Notes under the pieces: generated by a model
What the model saw: only the letters and a program-made list of their open reading frames with translations
Told to the model about the DNA's origin: nothing
The model's database searches: none
Position numbers and translations under genes: made by a program
DNA from: Escherichia coli
GTDB taxonomy: Bacteria > Pseudomonadota > Gammaproteobacteria > Enterobacterales > Enterobacteriaceae
DNA: 64,000 nt
Assembly: GCF_050920415.1 (NCBI RefSeq)
Contig: NZ_CP169309.1
Direction: 5' to 3' (one strand)
Shown: one piece after another, positions 19,441 to 33,922 of the stretch
Layout of the letters: each line of letters begins with the position of its first letter
Numbering within the stretch: the stretch's first letter is position 1

Positions 19441-21947
19441 CGCCCGCTCCCTGATAACATACCGCCATCACGTAACTGCAGCCGGAGCTCATCCTGCGCC
19501 CCCTTACGGGCCATGTCATACACCGCTTTCATCAGCTGCGGCCCCGCCTGTCCGTTGATACCGTCGTTCTGAATCACCACGTGATTGTTCTGATTAAAAT
19601 TAATGCCTTCCACCCGCCGCATCTGCGCCGGACTTCCGGCACCACCCACATAACCACCTTCCGCATAGCCATGCATCAGGCGGTACAGGTTGCCGACGCC
19701 AATCCGGCTGGTCGCCTCCTTCGTGAAGACAAACTCCCCGCGGTGAACAATCCCCGCAGGCTCGTATTTGCCGCCAGTACCTGTAAAACCACCACCGGCA
19801 AACCCAATGGCACTACCGATACTCCCGACAATCCCCACCATTGCCTGCTTAAGCAGAATTTCTGTCATCATGGACAGCACGGAGCGGGTGAAGCTGCGCC
19901 AGTTCTGTTCACTGCCGGTCAGCATCGCCGCCATATTCTGCGCAATACCATCAAAGGTCTGCGTGGCCGCGCTTTTAACCTGCGAAAAACTGTCCATGGC
20001 ACTTTCCGCCCACTCACCCCAGCCGGATTTCAGCCCGACCATCCAGCTTCCACGAAGCTGCTCCTCCGCAGACCAGGTGTTCTTCAGTGCAGATGTGGCC
20101 TTCGCCAGCGCATCCGGATTATCACCGTACACGTCACGAAGGCGCTGCTCTTCCGACTCCCGCTGCGCCTGACGGTCGGTGAGGCCGCGGGCTTTTGCGC
20201 TGATGGCGGCCTGCTTCGCGCTCTGCTGCTGTTCAAACCGCGCCGCCTGCTGTGCCAGCTCATTCAGCCGTTTCTGGTGTTCAACCTTGTCGCCCAGGTC
20301 AGCCAGCTGGCGTTTGTACTCCAGCGTCTCTTTCTCATGGGCCAGCAGCGATTTTTCCTGCCCGGATAACTGCCGTTTCGTGGCGGCCTCTTTCAGGACC
20401 GCATACTGATTTTCCGCTTTCCATAAATCACGGCGCTGCTGGCTGATTTTCTCATTCGCACCGGCATGCTTCTCCAGCGTCCTGAGCTCAGTTTCAAGCG
20501 CCAGCATGGCTGCATGCGCCCGGTCTTCCTGACGCTCCCCGGCTGACACTTTGACACCTGACGACTTCGGTTTTTTCAGCGTCGATTCATAATCCTTTTT
20601 CGCCGCCGCCATCAGCGTGTTGTAATCCGCCTGCAGGATTTTCCCGTCTTTCAGGGCATTATTCAGCTCTTCCTGCCGGTCAGTATATTTCTCCAGTGGC
20701 GTCAGCAGGCGCTCATACGCCTTCTGCGCCTCTCCGGTATACTTCAGCTGTGACGCCTCACGCTCAGCCCGGTCCCTTGCCACCAGTTCACCGGCTTTTT
20801 CCATATCCGACTGCAGCGTGGCTGCCGCCAGCCCCAGACGGGCATTTTCACGGTCATCCCATGCACCCTGAAGGTTGGCACGGAAAGAGGAGGTCTTTCC
20901 CCGGCGCTGACTCCGGCTCTGGTACCACTGCCATTTTTTATCCGCCTCATCAAATGCCTTCTGCGCACTGGCGAGCATATCCGCTGAGGATTCAGGACGA
21001 CCGATATCCAGGATGGCATCCCACATCAATTTGAATGCCTTCCCGGTTTTATCCGCCCAGGTTTCCAGCGTCCCCATGTTTTCTTTCAGGCGACGGGTCT
21101 GCTCATCAAAGCCTTTTGTGGCGATATCGTTCGCCGCCTGTAAGGCCCCTGCCTCATCACCCGAACGCTGCAGCTGCGTAACATACGCAATCTGCTCTGC
21201 CGTCACGTTACGGAACTGGCGCGCCATAGCCATCAGTCCCGACGTCGGGTCGGTGGTCAGCTTTCCAAAAGCCTCTGCAACCTTGTCCACTTCCACACCG
21301 GATGCAGAAGCAAAACGCGCCACACTCTGGTTGATGGCATCAAACTGTTCACCACCACGCACACCGGCATTCACCAGGGCTGCCAGTGACTCACTCGCCT
21401 GGTTAAACGTCAGCCCTGCTGCCTGTCCGGCTCTGGAGAGCGTCAGCATGCGAGCGGCAGTCAGTCCGGACTGATTACCGGAAAGAACCAGGGTTTTATT
21501 AAACGCTGAAAGCATGGAATCCCCCTGGTACCAGGCATACGCCAGCGCACCTGTCGCCACCGCCAGCGAGGTGACCCCGACCATCGGCAGGGTGATCGCA
21601 CCGGCAAGCCCCCTGAACATGGGGAGCATCCCGCCGAAGGCGTCCTTCACCTGACCGCCCTGTTGCAGCAGAATAAGCCAGGGATTCTGACCACCGGCAA
21701 GCTGCGTGGCGATATCCGTAAACTGTGCAGGCAGGGTACGCATGGCCGCTTTATACTGCCCGACGGAAATCCCGGCTTTTTGTGCAGCCAGCGCCTGACG
21801 GCTCAGGCCCTGTTCAACAGCACTGGCGGTTTTTCTGGCGTCGGTATCCAGTCCTGAAAAATGACGCCTTACCCGGCTTATCTGCTCATCGAAACGGACC
21901 GCATCCAGACTCAGGTCAATAACAAGATCACCAACCGGCTGGGACAT
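19437..21947 (-). CDS. H: tail tape measure protein H
   Basis: 836 aa, long and alpha-helical/Gln-Ala-rich, in the lambda H position. Confidence 0.9.
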   Translation of the reverse strand: MSQPVGDLVIDLSLDAVRFDEQISRVRRHFSGLDTDARKTASAVEQGLSRQALAAQKAGISVGQYKAAMRTLPAQFTDIATQLAGGQNPWLILLQQGGQVKDAFGGMLPMFRGLAGAITLPMVGVTSLAVATGALAYAWYQGDSMLSAFNKTLVLSGNQSGLTAARMLTLSRAGQAAGLTFNQASESLAALVNAGVRGGEQFDAINQSVARFASASGVEVDKVAEAFGKLTTDPTSGLMAMARQFRNVTAEQIAYVTQLQRSGDEAGALQAANDIATKGFDEQTRRLKENMGTLETWADKTGKAFKLMWDAILDIGRPESSADMLASAQKAFDEADKKWQWYQSRSQRRGKTSSFRANLQGAWDDRENARLGLAAATLQSDMEKAGELVARDRAEREASQLKYTGEAQKAYERLLTPLEKYTDRQEELNNALKDGKILQADYNTLMAAAKKDYESTLKKPKSSGVKVSAGERQEDRAHAAMLALETELRTLEKHAGANEKISQQRRDLWKAENQYAVLKEAATKRQLSGQEKSLLAHEKETLEYKRQLADLGDKVEHQKRLNELAQQAARFEQQQSAKQAAISAKARGLTDRQAQRESEEQRLRDVYGDNPDALAKATSALKNTWSAEEQLRGSWMVGLKSGWGEWAESAMDSFSQVKSAATQTFDGIAQNMAAMLTGSEQNWRSFTRSVLSMMTEILLKQAMVGIVGSIGSAIGFAGGGFTGTGGKYEPAGIVHRGEFVFTKEATSRIGVGNLYRLMHGYAEGGYVGGAGSPAQMRRVEGINFNQNNHVVIQNDGINGQAGPQLMKAVYDMARKGAQDELRLQLRDGGMLSGSGR

Positions 21948-22392
21948 ATCTCACACCTCCAGGAATCCCCGCTGAAGCCATCATTAATGCGACATCATCC
22001 TCACTGACATCCACCACATCCGCAGAAGGTGAAATATCGCCCCCTCCTTCCCCACCAAACCGGATGCCTCCGGCAAGTCCTGCCGCTTTCTGCATCAGCA
22101 TTTTTTCCTCATCCGCCATCTCCGTCTGCTCTTCCTCACGCCGGGGGGCAAGCAGACTGAAGTCCGAGGGATACATATCCGGATCGCAAAAAAACAGGCT
22201 GAGTACGGTGTACGTCAGCCCGGAAAAATGCATATCCAGTTGGGTATCGTGAAAATAATGCGTGCGGTAAAAATGTCGCCAGTCGGCATATTCGGTGGAT
22301 GTCATCCCGGCAAGCATGGCGCGCCAGTCAGGCCTCCCCATCTCACGCGCCAGTCTGAGGGCAAAATTCAGCTCGCCGTCGAAGACTTTCCC
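21928..22392 (-). CDS. T: T portion of the G-T tail assembly chaperone (reached by -1 frameshift)
   Basis: The -1 frame from the slippery site reads GKVFDGELNFALRLAREMGRPDWRAMLAGMTSTEY... and stays open to 21928. Confidence 0.85.
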   Translation of the reverse strand, partial: GKVFDGELNFALRLAREMGRPDWRAMLAGMTSTEYADWRHFYRTHYFHDTQLDMHFSGLTYTVLSLFFCDPDMYPSDFSLLAPRREEEQTEMADEEKMLMQKAAGLAGGIRFGGEGGGDISPSADVVDVSEDDVALMMASAGIPGGVRYVPAGW

Positions 22393-22799
22393 GCAGAAAA
22401 ATCATCATCAGTAAGCGCATTATTTTTCTCCACTTCGGTGATATCCGTATCCACATGAACAGGCTCACTCATCCCGGACAGACGCAACACCACGTCTTCC
22501 GCCCGGGCAATGGCATCAGCAGGCCAGGTGGTCAGGACTTCCTGCTCAATCTGCATCACAGCCTCATTCATTGACGGTGACTCCGTTTTCTGCGGATGGT
22601 TATGCCACAGGGACATCGCCACCAGAAACGCCCCGGTTCTGACAAGGTCTTCCACGCTCACCTGCAGGTTGCCGCTGGCTTCAGACTCTTCTGCCCGCCG
22701 TTTCAGGAGGGCAAGATGCTCTATACGCTGCAGCGCAGACAGTTCGGAAAGGGTGACGGACACACCGTTATATTCAAATTCTTCTGTTTTCAGAAACAT
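22368..22799 (-). CDS. G: tail assembly chaperone G
   Basis: 143 aa (MFLKTEEFEYNGVSVTLSELSALQRIEHLALL...). Confidence 0.9.
   Translation of the reverse strand: MFLKTEEFEYNGVSVTLSELSALQRIEHLALLKRRAEESEASGNLQVSVEDLVRTGAFLVAMSLWHNHPQKTESPSMNEAVMQIEQEVLTTWPADAIARAEDVVLRLSGMSEPVHVDTDITEVEKNNALTDDDFSAGKSSTAS
22386..22392 (-). promoter_or_regulatory. programmed -1 ribosomal frameshift site G GGA AAG (G/G-T)
   Basis: The minus strand reads gcG GGA AAG tct in the G frame, the same heptamer as lambda G/T. The G stop is 6 codons downstream. Confidence 0.85.
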
Positions 22800-22812
22800 G
22801 TATTACCTCCGT

Positions 22813-23565
22813 TTACCCTGCAGCGCCCGCTTCAGTAACGGTGACTTCAGCTACCGTGGCAAACTGACCATTACCGGAAATCACGGGGATACTCACTTTT
22901 CCAGCCTTAACCCCCGTCACAGTGATCACCATATCTTTCACAGCAATGGTTCCCGTTGACGGATCGGCGGAAACCGCTCTGAACGTCTTGTCGGTTGCAC
23001 TTTCCGGCTCAAAAGAAACAGTCAGGGTGGTTGCTTTCCCTTTTTCCACAGTACCGGATGTCGGCGTCACCTTAATTGCAGTGACCGGCGTAATTTCGCT
23101 GCGTTCTTCCGCCACGGAGGGTTTGCCCACGTTGGTAACTTTCACTGTTCGGGTGATCACTTCTTTCGCCGTCACGGCCTTACCGATACTGCTGACCCAG
23201 CCACGAAACACATCCACCGTGCCATTCGGAAAACGGATTTTATAGGCCCGGACATCGCCGCTTTCAAACCAGCCTATAAGCCCTTTCTGGCCTTCCTCTC
23301 CCGGTTTCCAGGCCAGCGTAAAACTGGTATCACCCGCAGATTTCTGTCCCTGCCCGGTCGCGGTCCAGTCCGCGTCTTCATCATCCAGGTAGTTATCATC
23401 GTAGGATTCTGCCGTCATCTCGCCGGGTGTCAGATCCTTCACCTTAGCCAGTCGCTGCCAGTCATCGTCTGACAACGGGTTTGCATAAGCATCACCCGTG
23501 CCGGTGTAAACCCACAGTGTGGTACCGGCACCTTTTACCGGCGCCAGGGGATTTGGTGTTGCCAT
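22813..23565 (-). CDS. V: major tail protein V (with C-terminal Ig-like domain)
   Basis: 250 aa. ...[11 protein letters not shown]...[41 protein letters not shown]... is lambda V-like. Confidence 0.9.
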   Translation of the reverse strand: MATPNPLAPVKGAGTTLWVYTGTGDAYANPLSDDDWQRLAKVKDLTPGEMTAESYDDNYLDDEDADWTATGQGQKSAGDTSFTLAWKPGEEGQKGLIGWFESGDVRAYKIRFPNGTVDVFRGWVSSIGKAVTAKEVITRTVKVTNVGKPSVAEERSEITPVTAIKVTPTSGTVEKGKATTLTVSFEPESATDKTFRAVSADPSTGTIAVKDMVITVTGVKAGKVSIPVISGNGQFATVAEVTVTEAGAAG

Positions 23566-23572
23566 ATCGTCC

Positions 23573-23968
23573 TCACATCTCGTATGTAATGGAATAAGTC
23601 AGATCTGCAGAACTCCACAATGCCATATCGTCATCACGACGATAGTCATAGCCCTGCGTAACCATCGTGGTAATCATGCCTGCCAGTGCAGGGATCGCCG
23701 CCATCGCCGGGTAAATCCGGCTTTCCATCCACTGATCAAGCTCTGAATCCGGTACCTGTGCCGGTAAAAACACCTCAATATGCAGTGTGGCCCGCCAGGT
23801 ATCTGCATCCAGCTCTTCACCGGTATACTCTGCATCCGTCAGATAAACCGCGACCGCGGGAAAATCCTCTTCGTCAAAAACAACGGGGCGACCATCAAAC
23901 AGCGTCGCCCCGTGTTCATGCTGCTCCAGTGCATCCAGCACTGCCCCGCGGATATCAGTATGTTTCAT
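23573..23968 (-). CDS. U: tail terminator protein U
   Basis: 131 aa in the lambda U position, with matching size. Confidence 0.85.
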   Translation of the reverse strand: MKHTDIRGAVLDALEQHEHGATLFDGRPVVFDEEDFPAVAVYLTDAEYTGEELDADTWRATLHIEVFLPAQVPDSELDQWMESRIYPAMAAIPALAGMITTMVTQGYDYRRDDDMALWSSADLTYSITYEM

Positions 23969-24498
23969 CGTTTTATCGCAATCCTCAGTTGTTGTTTCAG
24001 CGCGTATGCCAGTTCTTCTGGCAGGCGTTCACGCCGGATACGGTCAACGTTCTCATCAAACGCCTGTTTCAGCGGGGCCGCCATCGGGATTTTCACCACA
24101 TCAATGGGGTAACGGTTTTTCCCGGCCACACGCTGCATGACATGCCAGCGACCGTTTTTTAATCGCTGGATAAATGCCCGCTGATACCGATGCTGACCAG
24201 CTTTAAGTATGCTGTTCGGACGACGGCCCAGCCTCCTGATCCCCAGCTTAATCACAGGAAGATCACCGCGGTTAACGATAATTTTTGCATTCGGATTTCT
24301 GACCGTCGCCCTTTTCAGCCTGGCCCTTTCCTTTACCAGTTTCCGGCGTACCTTTGTCTCACGGGCAACCTGTGACGCCGACTGATTTATTGCCGTTGTG
24401 GCCACACGGTTAATGGCCATTGCTGAAGCAGCAGGAATGGCGTTTTTACGAACCCGGCTCAGATTATCAATCGCCTGATCAAGCCCTTTTATCGCCAT
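23965..24498 (-). CDS. Z: tail completion protein Z
   Basis: 177 aa. MAIKGLDQAIDNLSRV...NGRWHVMQRVAGKNRYPIDVVKIPMA... is lambda Z-like. Confidence 0.85.
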   Translation of the reverse strand: MAIKGLDQAIDNLSRVRKNAIPAASAMAINRVATTAINQSASQVARETKVRRKLVKERARLKRATVRNPNAKIIVNRGDLPVIKLGIRRLGRRPNSILKAGQHRYQRAFIQRLKNGRWHVMQRVAGKNRYPIDVVKIPMAAPLKQAFDENVDRIRRERLPEELAYALKQQLRIAIKR

Positions 24499-24513
24499 AA
24501 TTTCACCCTGCGT

Positions 24514-24867
24514 TTATCGTCGCCGGTTAACTGCGGGTGGTTGCCCACGGTTGAGCCAGATATAACAGCTGCCCCCGTCATCCGGAGAAACACGATCCGC
24601 CCAGAACATCTCGCCGTTAATGGTCAGCGTGTCTCCACGCCGCAGTTGCCGCACATCATCAGTCCGGACAAACAGGGACGGGCTGGAGCCTTCAACGCGC
24701 ACGCCCTGTCCGGCATAGCTGATATTTTCAGGGTCATCAAAAACACCACGTATCACAGCACCGGACTGCTCACCGGATGTCATGGTGGCTGACGTTCCCA
24801 TGTACCCGCGTATCGTTTCATCGGCGCGGGCAATGGCAGCATCGAACAGGTTATCGAAATCAGCCAC
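24514..24867 (-). CDS. FII: head-tail joining protein FII
   Basis: 117 aa. MADFDNLFDAAIARADETIRGYMG... is lambda FII-like. Confidence 0.9.
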   Translation of the reverse strand: MADFDNLFDAAIARADETIRGYMGTSATMTSGEQSGAVIRGVFDDPENISYAGQGVRVEGSSPSLFVRTDDVRQLRRGDTLTINGEMFWADRVSPDDGGSCYIWLNRGQPPAVNRRR

Positions 24868-24878
24868 AGTGCCTCCCG

Positions 24879-25277
24879 TTATTGCATTCTGGCCAGGCCA
24901 CGTTCTGTCATTTCGGCTGCCACACCGGCAGAGACACGAAACGCCGTTCCCGGCAGCACAAATGCCACAGGTTCATCCCGCGTGGCGTGAAGTGCATCGG
25001 TATGCAGCGTCACCAGTGCCACAACCGTGACCAGAGCAGCCGTATCCTGAATCACGGTATCCGGCTGCGCTGATACCACCTCATTTTCATGCCCGGTCAG
25101 CGCATTTTCCGGGCTGACAGACGTGTCCTGACCGGCTGCGTCATCCGTGTCATCAAGCTCCTCTTCCAGCTCTGCCACACGGAGCGCCAGTTCTTCTTTC
25201 GTCCCCGTCAGGCTGACATCACGGTTCAGTTGCTCACCCAGCGACCGGAGACGGGCAATCAGTTCATCTTTCGTCAT
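24879..25277 (-). CDS. FI: DNA packaging protein FI
   Basis: From ATG 25277: MTKDELIARLRSLGEQLNRDVSLTGTKEELALRVAELEEELDD..., lambda FI-like. Confidence 0.85.
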   Translation of the reverse strand: MTKDELIARLRSLGEQLNRDVSLTGTKEELALRVAELEEELDDTDDAAGQDTSVSPENALTGHENEVVSAQPDTVIQDTAALVTVVALVTLHTDALHATRDEPVAFVLPGTAFRVSAGVAAEMTERGLARMQ

Positions 25278-25318
25278 GGACTCCTCCACAGAGAGAAAAT
25301 GGCCCCGAAGGGCCATGA

Positions 25319-26344
25319 TTACGCCAGTTGAACGGATACGAACTCATCAGGATCAGCCAGCAGCATCAGCGGTGCTGACTGAATCATGGTGAACTCTCGC
25401 GCCGGATCGCCGGATGTCTTCCAGTTTTTCGGATAACGGGGAGACGCATTAATACCCTCACTCAATGCATCCGCATCCTGAATACAGCCATAGGTGCGCA
25501 GACCGCGTGCATGAGTGTTACCCAGCACCATCGTGTTGTCCGGCAGGAAGTTCTTTTTGACGCCGTTTTCCACGTACTGTCCGGAATACACGACGATGGC
25601 CACATCGCCATACATTCCCTTATAAGACACCGCTTTGCCCAGGTCTTTTACCGCTGTCTCCAGTTCGGAATGAGAGCCGCGACGGGTATCCAGCTTCTCC
25701 CTGACGGCTTTGAAGGAACGGAACTGCGCCCAGCCTTTCGGATCAAACACGATGATATTCACCACACCGCTGGCGTTCAGCGCGTAGGCTTCGATATCGT
25801 CGGTCGGGTCATATGTGGACTTGTCACGCTTGCTCCACTCCGTGCCGCCGGACTGCGTGATGTTGTTCGCCGCACTGCGGCCCATATCCACCTCAACCGG
25901 ATCGAAGGCTTCACCGGTCATGGTGTATTTGCCCTTGAGCACGGCAGAAACGGCCTGCATCTCTTCGACCTGAGCAATGGCCAGCTCTTCGTCTCGCATG
26001 TTCTGCATGATGATGCGACGGCGGCGGTAAGCCGGGTCCGCCAGATTCTGCGGATCTTCATCCGGCAGGCGACGCAGGGTCATCTGCGGATTCACCTCAT
26101 GCTTGGGCTTGACATATCCCGGTGTAAATTCAGAGGTGGAGCCGCCACGGGAGCGGATAACCTCACCGGAAACAATCGGCGAAACGTACAGCGCCATGTT
26201 TACCAGTCCCGGAATTTGTGAGAGATAGACTTTCTCCGTGGTGAAGGGATAGCTCTCACGGAAAAAGAGACGCAGAAACAGCGGATCAAACTTAAATTTC
26301 TGCTCATTTGCCGCCAGCAGTTGGGCGGTTGTGTACATCGACAT
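25319..26344 (-). CDS. E: major capsid protein E
   Basis: 341 aa. MSMYTTAQLLAANEQKFKFDPLFLRLFFRESYPFTTEKVYLSQIPGLVNMALYVSP... is lambda E-like. Confidence 0.95.
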   Translation of the reverse strand: MSMYTTAQLLAANEQKFKFDPLFLRLFFRESYPFTTEKVYLSQIPGLVNMALYVSPIVSGEVIRSRGGSTSEFTPGYVKPKHEVNPQMTLRRLPDEDPQNLADPAYRRRRIIMQNMRDEELAIAQVEEMQAVSAVLKGKYTMTGEAFDPVEVDMGRSAANNITQSGGTEWSKRDKSTYDPTDDIEAYALNASGVVNIIVFDPKGWAQFRSFKAVREKLDTRRGSHSELETAVKDLGKAVSYKGMYGDVAIVVYSGQYVENGVKKNFLPDNTMVLGNTHARGLRTYGCIQDADALSEGINASPRYPKNWKTSGDPAREFTMIQSAPLMLLADPDEFVSVQLA

Positions 26345-26398
26345 AAAAAAATCCCGTAAAAAAGCCGCACAGGCGGCCTTTAGTGATGAAGGGTCAGG

Positions 26399-26731
26399 TT
26401 AAACGATGCTGATTGCCGTTCTGGCAAACGCGGTCCGTTTTTTCGTCTCGTCGCTGGCAGCCTCCGGCCAGAGCACATCCTCATAACGGAACGTGCCGGA
26501 CTTGTAGAACGTCAGTGTGGTGCTGGTCTGGTCAGCAGCAACCGCAAGAATGCCAACGGCAGCACCGTCGGTGGTGCCATCCCACGCAACCAGTTTACGG
26601 GTGGAGGTGTCCAGCATCAGCGGGGTCATTGCAGGCGCTTTCGCACTCAATCCGCCGGGCGCGGTTGCGGTATGAGCCGGGTCACTGTTGCCCAGCGGCT
26701 GGTAATGGGTAAAGGTTTCTTTGCTCGTCAT
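26399..26731 (-). CDS. D: head decoration protein D
   Basis: 110 aa from ATG 26731 ([41 protein letters not shown]...). Confidence 0.9.
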   Translation of the reverse strand: MTSKETFTHYQPLGNSDPAHTATAPGGLSAKAPAMTPLMLDTSTRKLVAWDGTTDGAAVGILAVAADQTSTTLTFYKSGTFRYEDVLWPEAASDETKKRTAFARTAISIV

Positions 26732-26740
26732 AAACATCCC

Positions 26741-28040
26741 TTACACTGGTGTGTTCAGCAAATCGTTAACGGCATCAGATGCCGGGTTACCTGCAGCCAG
26801 CGGTGCCGGTGCCCCCTGCATCAGACGATCCAGCGCAGTGTCACTGCGCGCCTGTGCACTCTGTGGTGCTGCGGCCAGAATGCGGCGGGCCGTTTCCACG
26901 GTCATACCGGGGGTTTCTGCCAGCACGCGAGCCTGTTCTTCGCGTCCGTGAGCCTCCTCACAGTTGAGGATCCCCATAATGCGGCTGTTTTCTGCCGCAA
27001 CCGCTGCGGTGATCTGCGCGTTCACGTCCGGCTGCGCCGCGCTGGCGTTCTCGCCCTCCTTCGCTGGCTCCACGCTGGTGATGTCAGCCTGCGAAGCAGT
27101 GGCTGAAACAGTTGTTGATTGAGTCTCTTTGGTCATTCGCCCTCCTGAGAGACGGGATTTACGTGCATCCAGTGCATCACGCATGACGGTGATCGCATCG
27201 GTGCTGTTAACAAGTTCATCAGCCAGTCCGGCATCAATGGCCTCCTGACCGCTGTACACTGCAGCCTCGGTATCCAGCACAGCCTGCACGGACAGGCCGG
27301 TATATGCCGACACCTTCTGTGCAAACATCCGGCGGGTTGCATCCATCCGGGACTGCAGTGTTTCCCGGACATCATCCGGTAGATGGCTGTAGGGGTTGCC
27401 ATCCACCTTATGGCTGCCGCTGTAAATCAGCGTGATTTCCACGCCCTGTTTCTCCAGCGCAGCGCCGTAATTACTGTGAGCCATCATGACGCCGATGGAG
27501 CCTGTCCGGGCGGTCTGCGTGACCAGACGTCGGGAGGCGGCGCTGGCAAGCAACTGACCTGCACTGCAGTTCATGTCGTTGGCCAGCGCCCATACCGGCT
27601 TTATGTCACGCACACGGGCGATGATGTCAGCGCAGTCAAATGCCCCTGCCACCATCCCGCCTGGCGTATCCATATCGAGCAGAATGCCGGCCACCATCGG
27701 GTCGCTGGCAGCCTGTTGCAGACGGGCGATAATGCCGTTGTAACCGGTCATCCCCGAATACGGCTGCAGCGCCCGCGTCCGGCTGACCAGCGTGCCGGAC
27801 ACCGGCAGCACGGCGATGCCGTTCATGACCTGATAACTGCGGGCCTGTCGTGGTCCGTCATCATCACCGGATAACGCCAGCGTCGCGGGTGCCTCTCCGG
27901 CAGCCAGGCTGTCACCGGACACCGCATCCGTCAGGCGGCTGATCCCAAGCTGGCCAGCAAGCGCACAAAAGAAAACCCGCGCATAGGCGGGTTCAAGCAT
28001 CAGCGGCTCATTAAAGGCCATGCTGGCAATATGCGGGAGA

Positions 28041-28060
<20 letters not shown>
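26741..28060 (-). CDS. C: capsid assembly protease C (S49 family), with nested scaffold Nu3
   Basis: 439 aa from GTG 28060 (TAELRNLPHIASMAFNEPLMLEPAYARVFF...), lambda C-like. The ORF-track start at 28207 lies inside B. Confidence 0.9.
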
Positions 28061-31741
<3,681 letters not shown>

Positions 31742-31767
<26 letters not shown>

Positions 31768-32287
31768 TCAGCAACCCCGGTATCAGTTCATCCAGCGCAG
31801 CTGCTTTGTTCATGGCTTTGATGATATCCCGTTTCAGGAAATCAACATGTCGGTTTTCCAGTTCCGGAAAACGCCGCTGCAACGACAGGGGGATCCCGTC
31901 GAGAATACTGGCAATTTCACCTGCGATCCGCGACAGCACGAAAGTACAGAATGCGGTTTCCACCACTTCAGCGGAGTCTCTGGCATTCTTCAGTTCCTGT
32001 GCGTCGGCCTGCGCACGCGTAAGTCGATGGCGTTCGTACTCAATAGTCCCTGGCTGGAGATCTGCCTCGCTGGCCTGCCGCAGTTCTTCAACCTCCCGGC
32101 GCAGCTTTTCGTTCTCAATTTCAGCATCCCTTTCGGCATACCATTTTATAACGGCGGCAGAGTCATAAAGCACCTCATTACCCTTGCCACCGCCTCGCAG
32201 AACGGGCATTCCCTGTTCCTGCCAGTTCTGAATGGTACGGATACTCGCACCGAAAATGTCAGCCAGCTGCTTTTTGTTGACTTCCAT
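31742..32287 (-). CDS. Nu1: terminase small subunit Nu1
   Basis: 181 aa. MEVNKKQLADIFGASIRTIQNWQEQGMPVLRGGGKGNEVLYDSAAVIKWY... is lambda Nu1-like. Confidence 0.95.
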
Positions 32288-32289
32288 TG

Positions 32290-32476
32290 TTCATTCCACG
32301 GCCAAAAACAGAGAAAGGAAACGACAGAGGCCCAAAAGCTCGTTTTCAGCACCTGTCGTTTCCTTTCTTTTCAGGGGGTATTTTAAATAAAAACATTAAG
32401 TTACGACGAAGAAGAACGGAAATGCCTTAAACCGGAAAATTTTCATAAATAGCGAAAACCCGCGAGGTCGCCGCCC
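32290..32476. other. cos site (cosB region plus cosN; 12-nt cohesive end at 32465-32476)
   Basis: The reverse complement reads GGGCGGCGACCTCGCGGGTTTTCGCTATTTATGAAAATTTTCCGGTTTAAGGCATTTCCGTTCTTCTTCGTCGTAACTTAATG... This is nearly the lambda cos sequence as I remember it. Confidence 0.85.
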
Positions 32477-32675
32477 CGTAACAGGCCGGATCGCCAGAAA
32501 GGACCCTAAAATGATAATAATTATCAATTAAATAAAAGTTATCTCAACCGACAAGTTCACCATGAAAGAGGACAAATAATGAGTTCGGTCTCAATGCATT
32601 AATTGATCTGCATCAAATTTAAGTAAAAACATCTTTGGACAATACAGAACACTGCCGTGAATATGGAAAAAGACA

Positions 32676-32888
32676 ATGTCATCGAAGAACAAAACCAGCA
32701 AAACAACAACCCGTAACATCCGTTTTCCCAATCACATGATTGAGCAGATCAATATCGCCCTTGAGCATAAAGGCTCCGGCAACTTTTCGGCATGGGTTAT
32801 TGAAGCCTGTCGCCGGAGGCTGGCAGCAGACATAAAATGTGCCCGTCAGTTAACTGTAACAAAGAATGATACACCGTCTGCTCTGTGA
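32676..32888 (+). CDS. small ribbon-helix-helix-like protein (YlcI/DUF3950-like)
   Basis: 70 aa: ...TRNIRFPNHMIEQINIALEHKGSGNFSAWVIEACRRRL... It is opposite in orientation to the late operon and next to cos, as ylcI is in DLP12 (from memory). Confidence 0.55.
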   Translation: MSSKNKTSKTTTRNIRFPNHMIEQINIALEHKGSGNFSAWVIEACRRRLAADIKCARQLTVTKNDTPSAL

Positions 32889-33034
32889 TAACTGTTCATA
32901 TAACCATTTCTTTATATTGCTGAATTTACAAAAAGTCGCAGTTATTAGTCGTATTTATTCCGAATTGAAATCATCCGTCATATAAAATAAAAAAGAATAA
33001 CAATAATAATCTTCTACCCTTATCAGTACCTTTA

Positions 33035-33063
33035 CTGCTGTGCTCCAACACAGCAGTTTTTTT
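33035..33063 (+). terminator. plus-strand intrinsic terminator
   Basis: ctgctgtg/cacagcag stem followed by T7. Confidence 0.65.
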
Positions 33064-33685
33064 GATTATGCTCACATATTTTTCATCCCCACCGCACTGC
33101 ACATTATAACTGTTGCTTTTCAATTCAGGCTTTGTGCAGGTATGTCTGAATCTCCTCCGGGAGAGGTCTTCATCGTTATCAGCCCCAAAACACACCAGCG
33201 ACACTGACAAAGAGCCTGCGAGTGCAGTTGCCCCGTTTTCATTTTATGATGTATTCACCCAGTCAAATAATGAGCAAATTCAATCCATGTCAGACGGCAG
33301 AGAATCATAAAATTTAACCATCGTGCTTACATAAACAATCCGATAAAGACTTAACATACTTAAAATCGCATATTGCATAAGAATAAATAATAAGTCATCA
33401 AAAAACATCGGGCAAAACTACCGCAACTCCAGTTAAAAAGACAATATATTAATCCAGCGACCTCATTTATTATTCAGAAATGCTTAATAATAAGATATTT
33501 CCTGTTATTCCTTTATGGAGATGGGTAACTGCTCCATGCCAGTCTTGTTGAATGGCTCAAAAAATAAGAGAATAATTCATAACATATATTGTAATTCAGG
33601 CTCGGTTATTTCGAATTGAATACTTGCATTAAAATCTGATAAAAAATTCGTCATAACAACAACATTCTCTTCTGCATGTGCCATA

Positions 33686-33715
33686 ACCTGCCGTAACAAC
33701 CCGGCAGGTTTTTTT
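33686..33715 (+). terminator. plus-strand intrinsic terminator with no obvious upstream gene
   Basis: acctgccg/cggcaggt stem followed by T7. It is preceded by ~380 bp of AT-rich sequence with no ORF of 60 aa or more. Confidence 0.6.
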
Positions 33716-33922
33716 ATTGAATAAATTTCCGGTTTCTTCCACCATCGCACCGGCCAGGCGACTATGAGGGGACAACGCCGCGCTCCGTTAACGCAGTAAA
33801 CCCCGGTGTGTATCGTTTTTGATTATCCCCGCACACTCGCGCAGAGGAGTCTCCCTGTCGGGCTACGGTCTCTGTTAATACGGGAATACGGCGACAATAC
33901 CGCGCATGGATAATAAGGTCGC

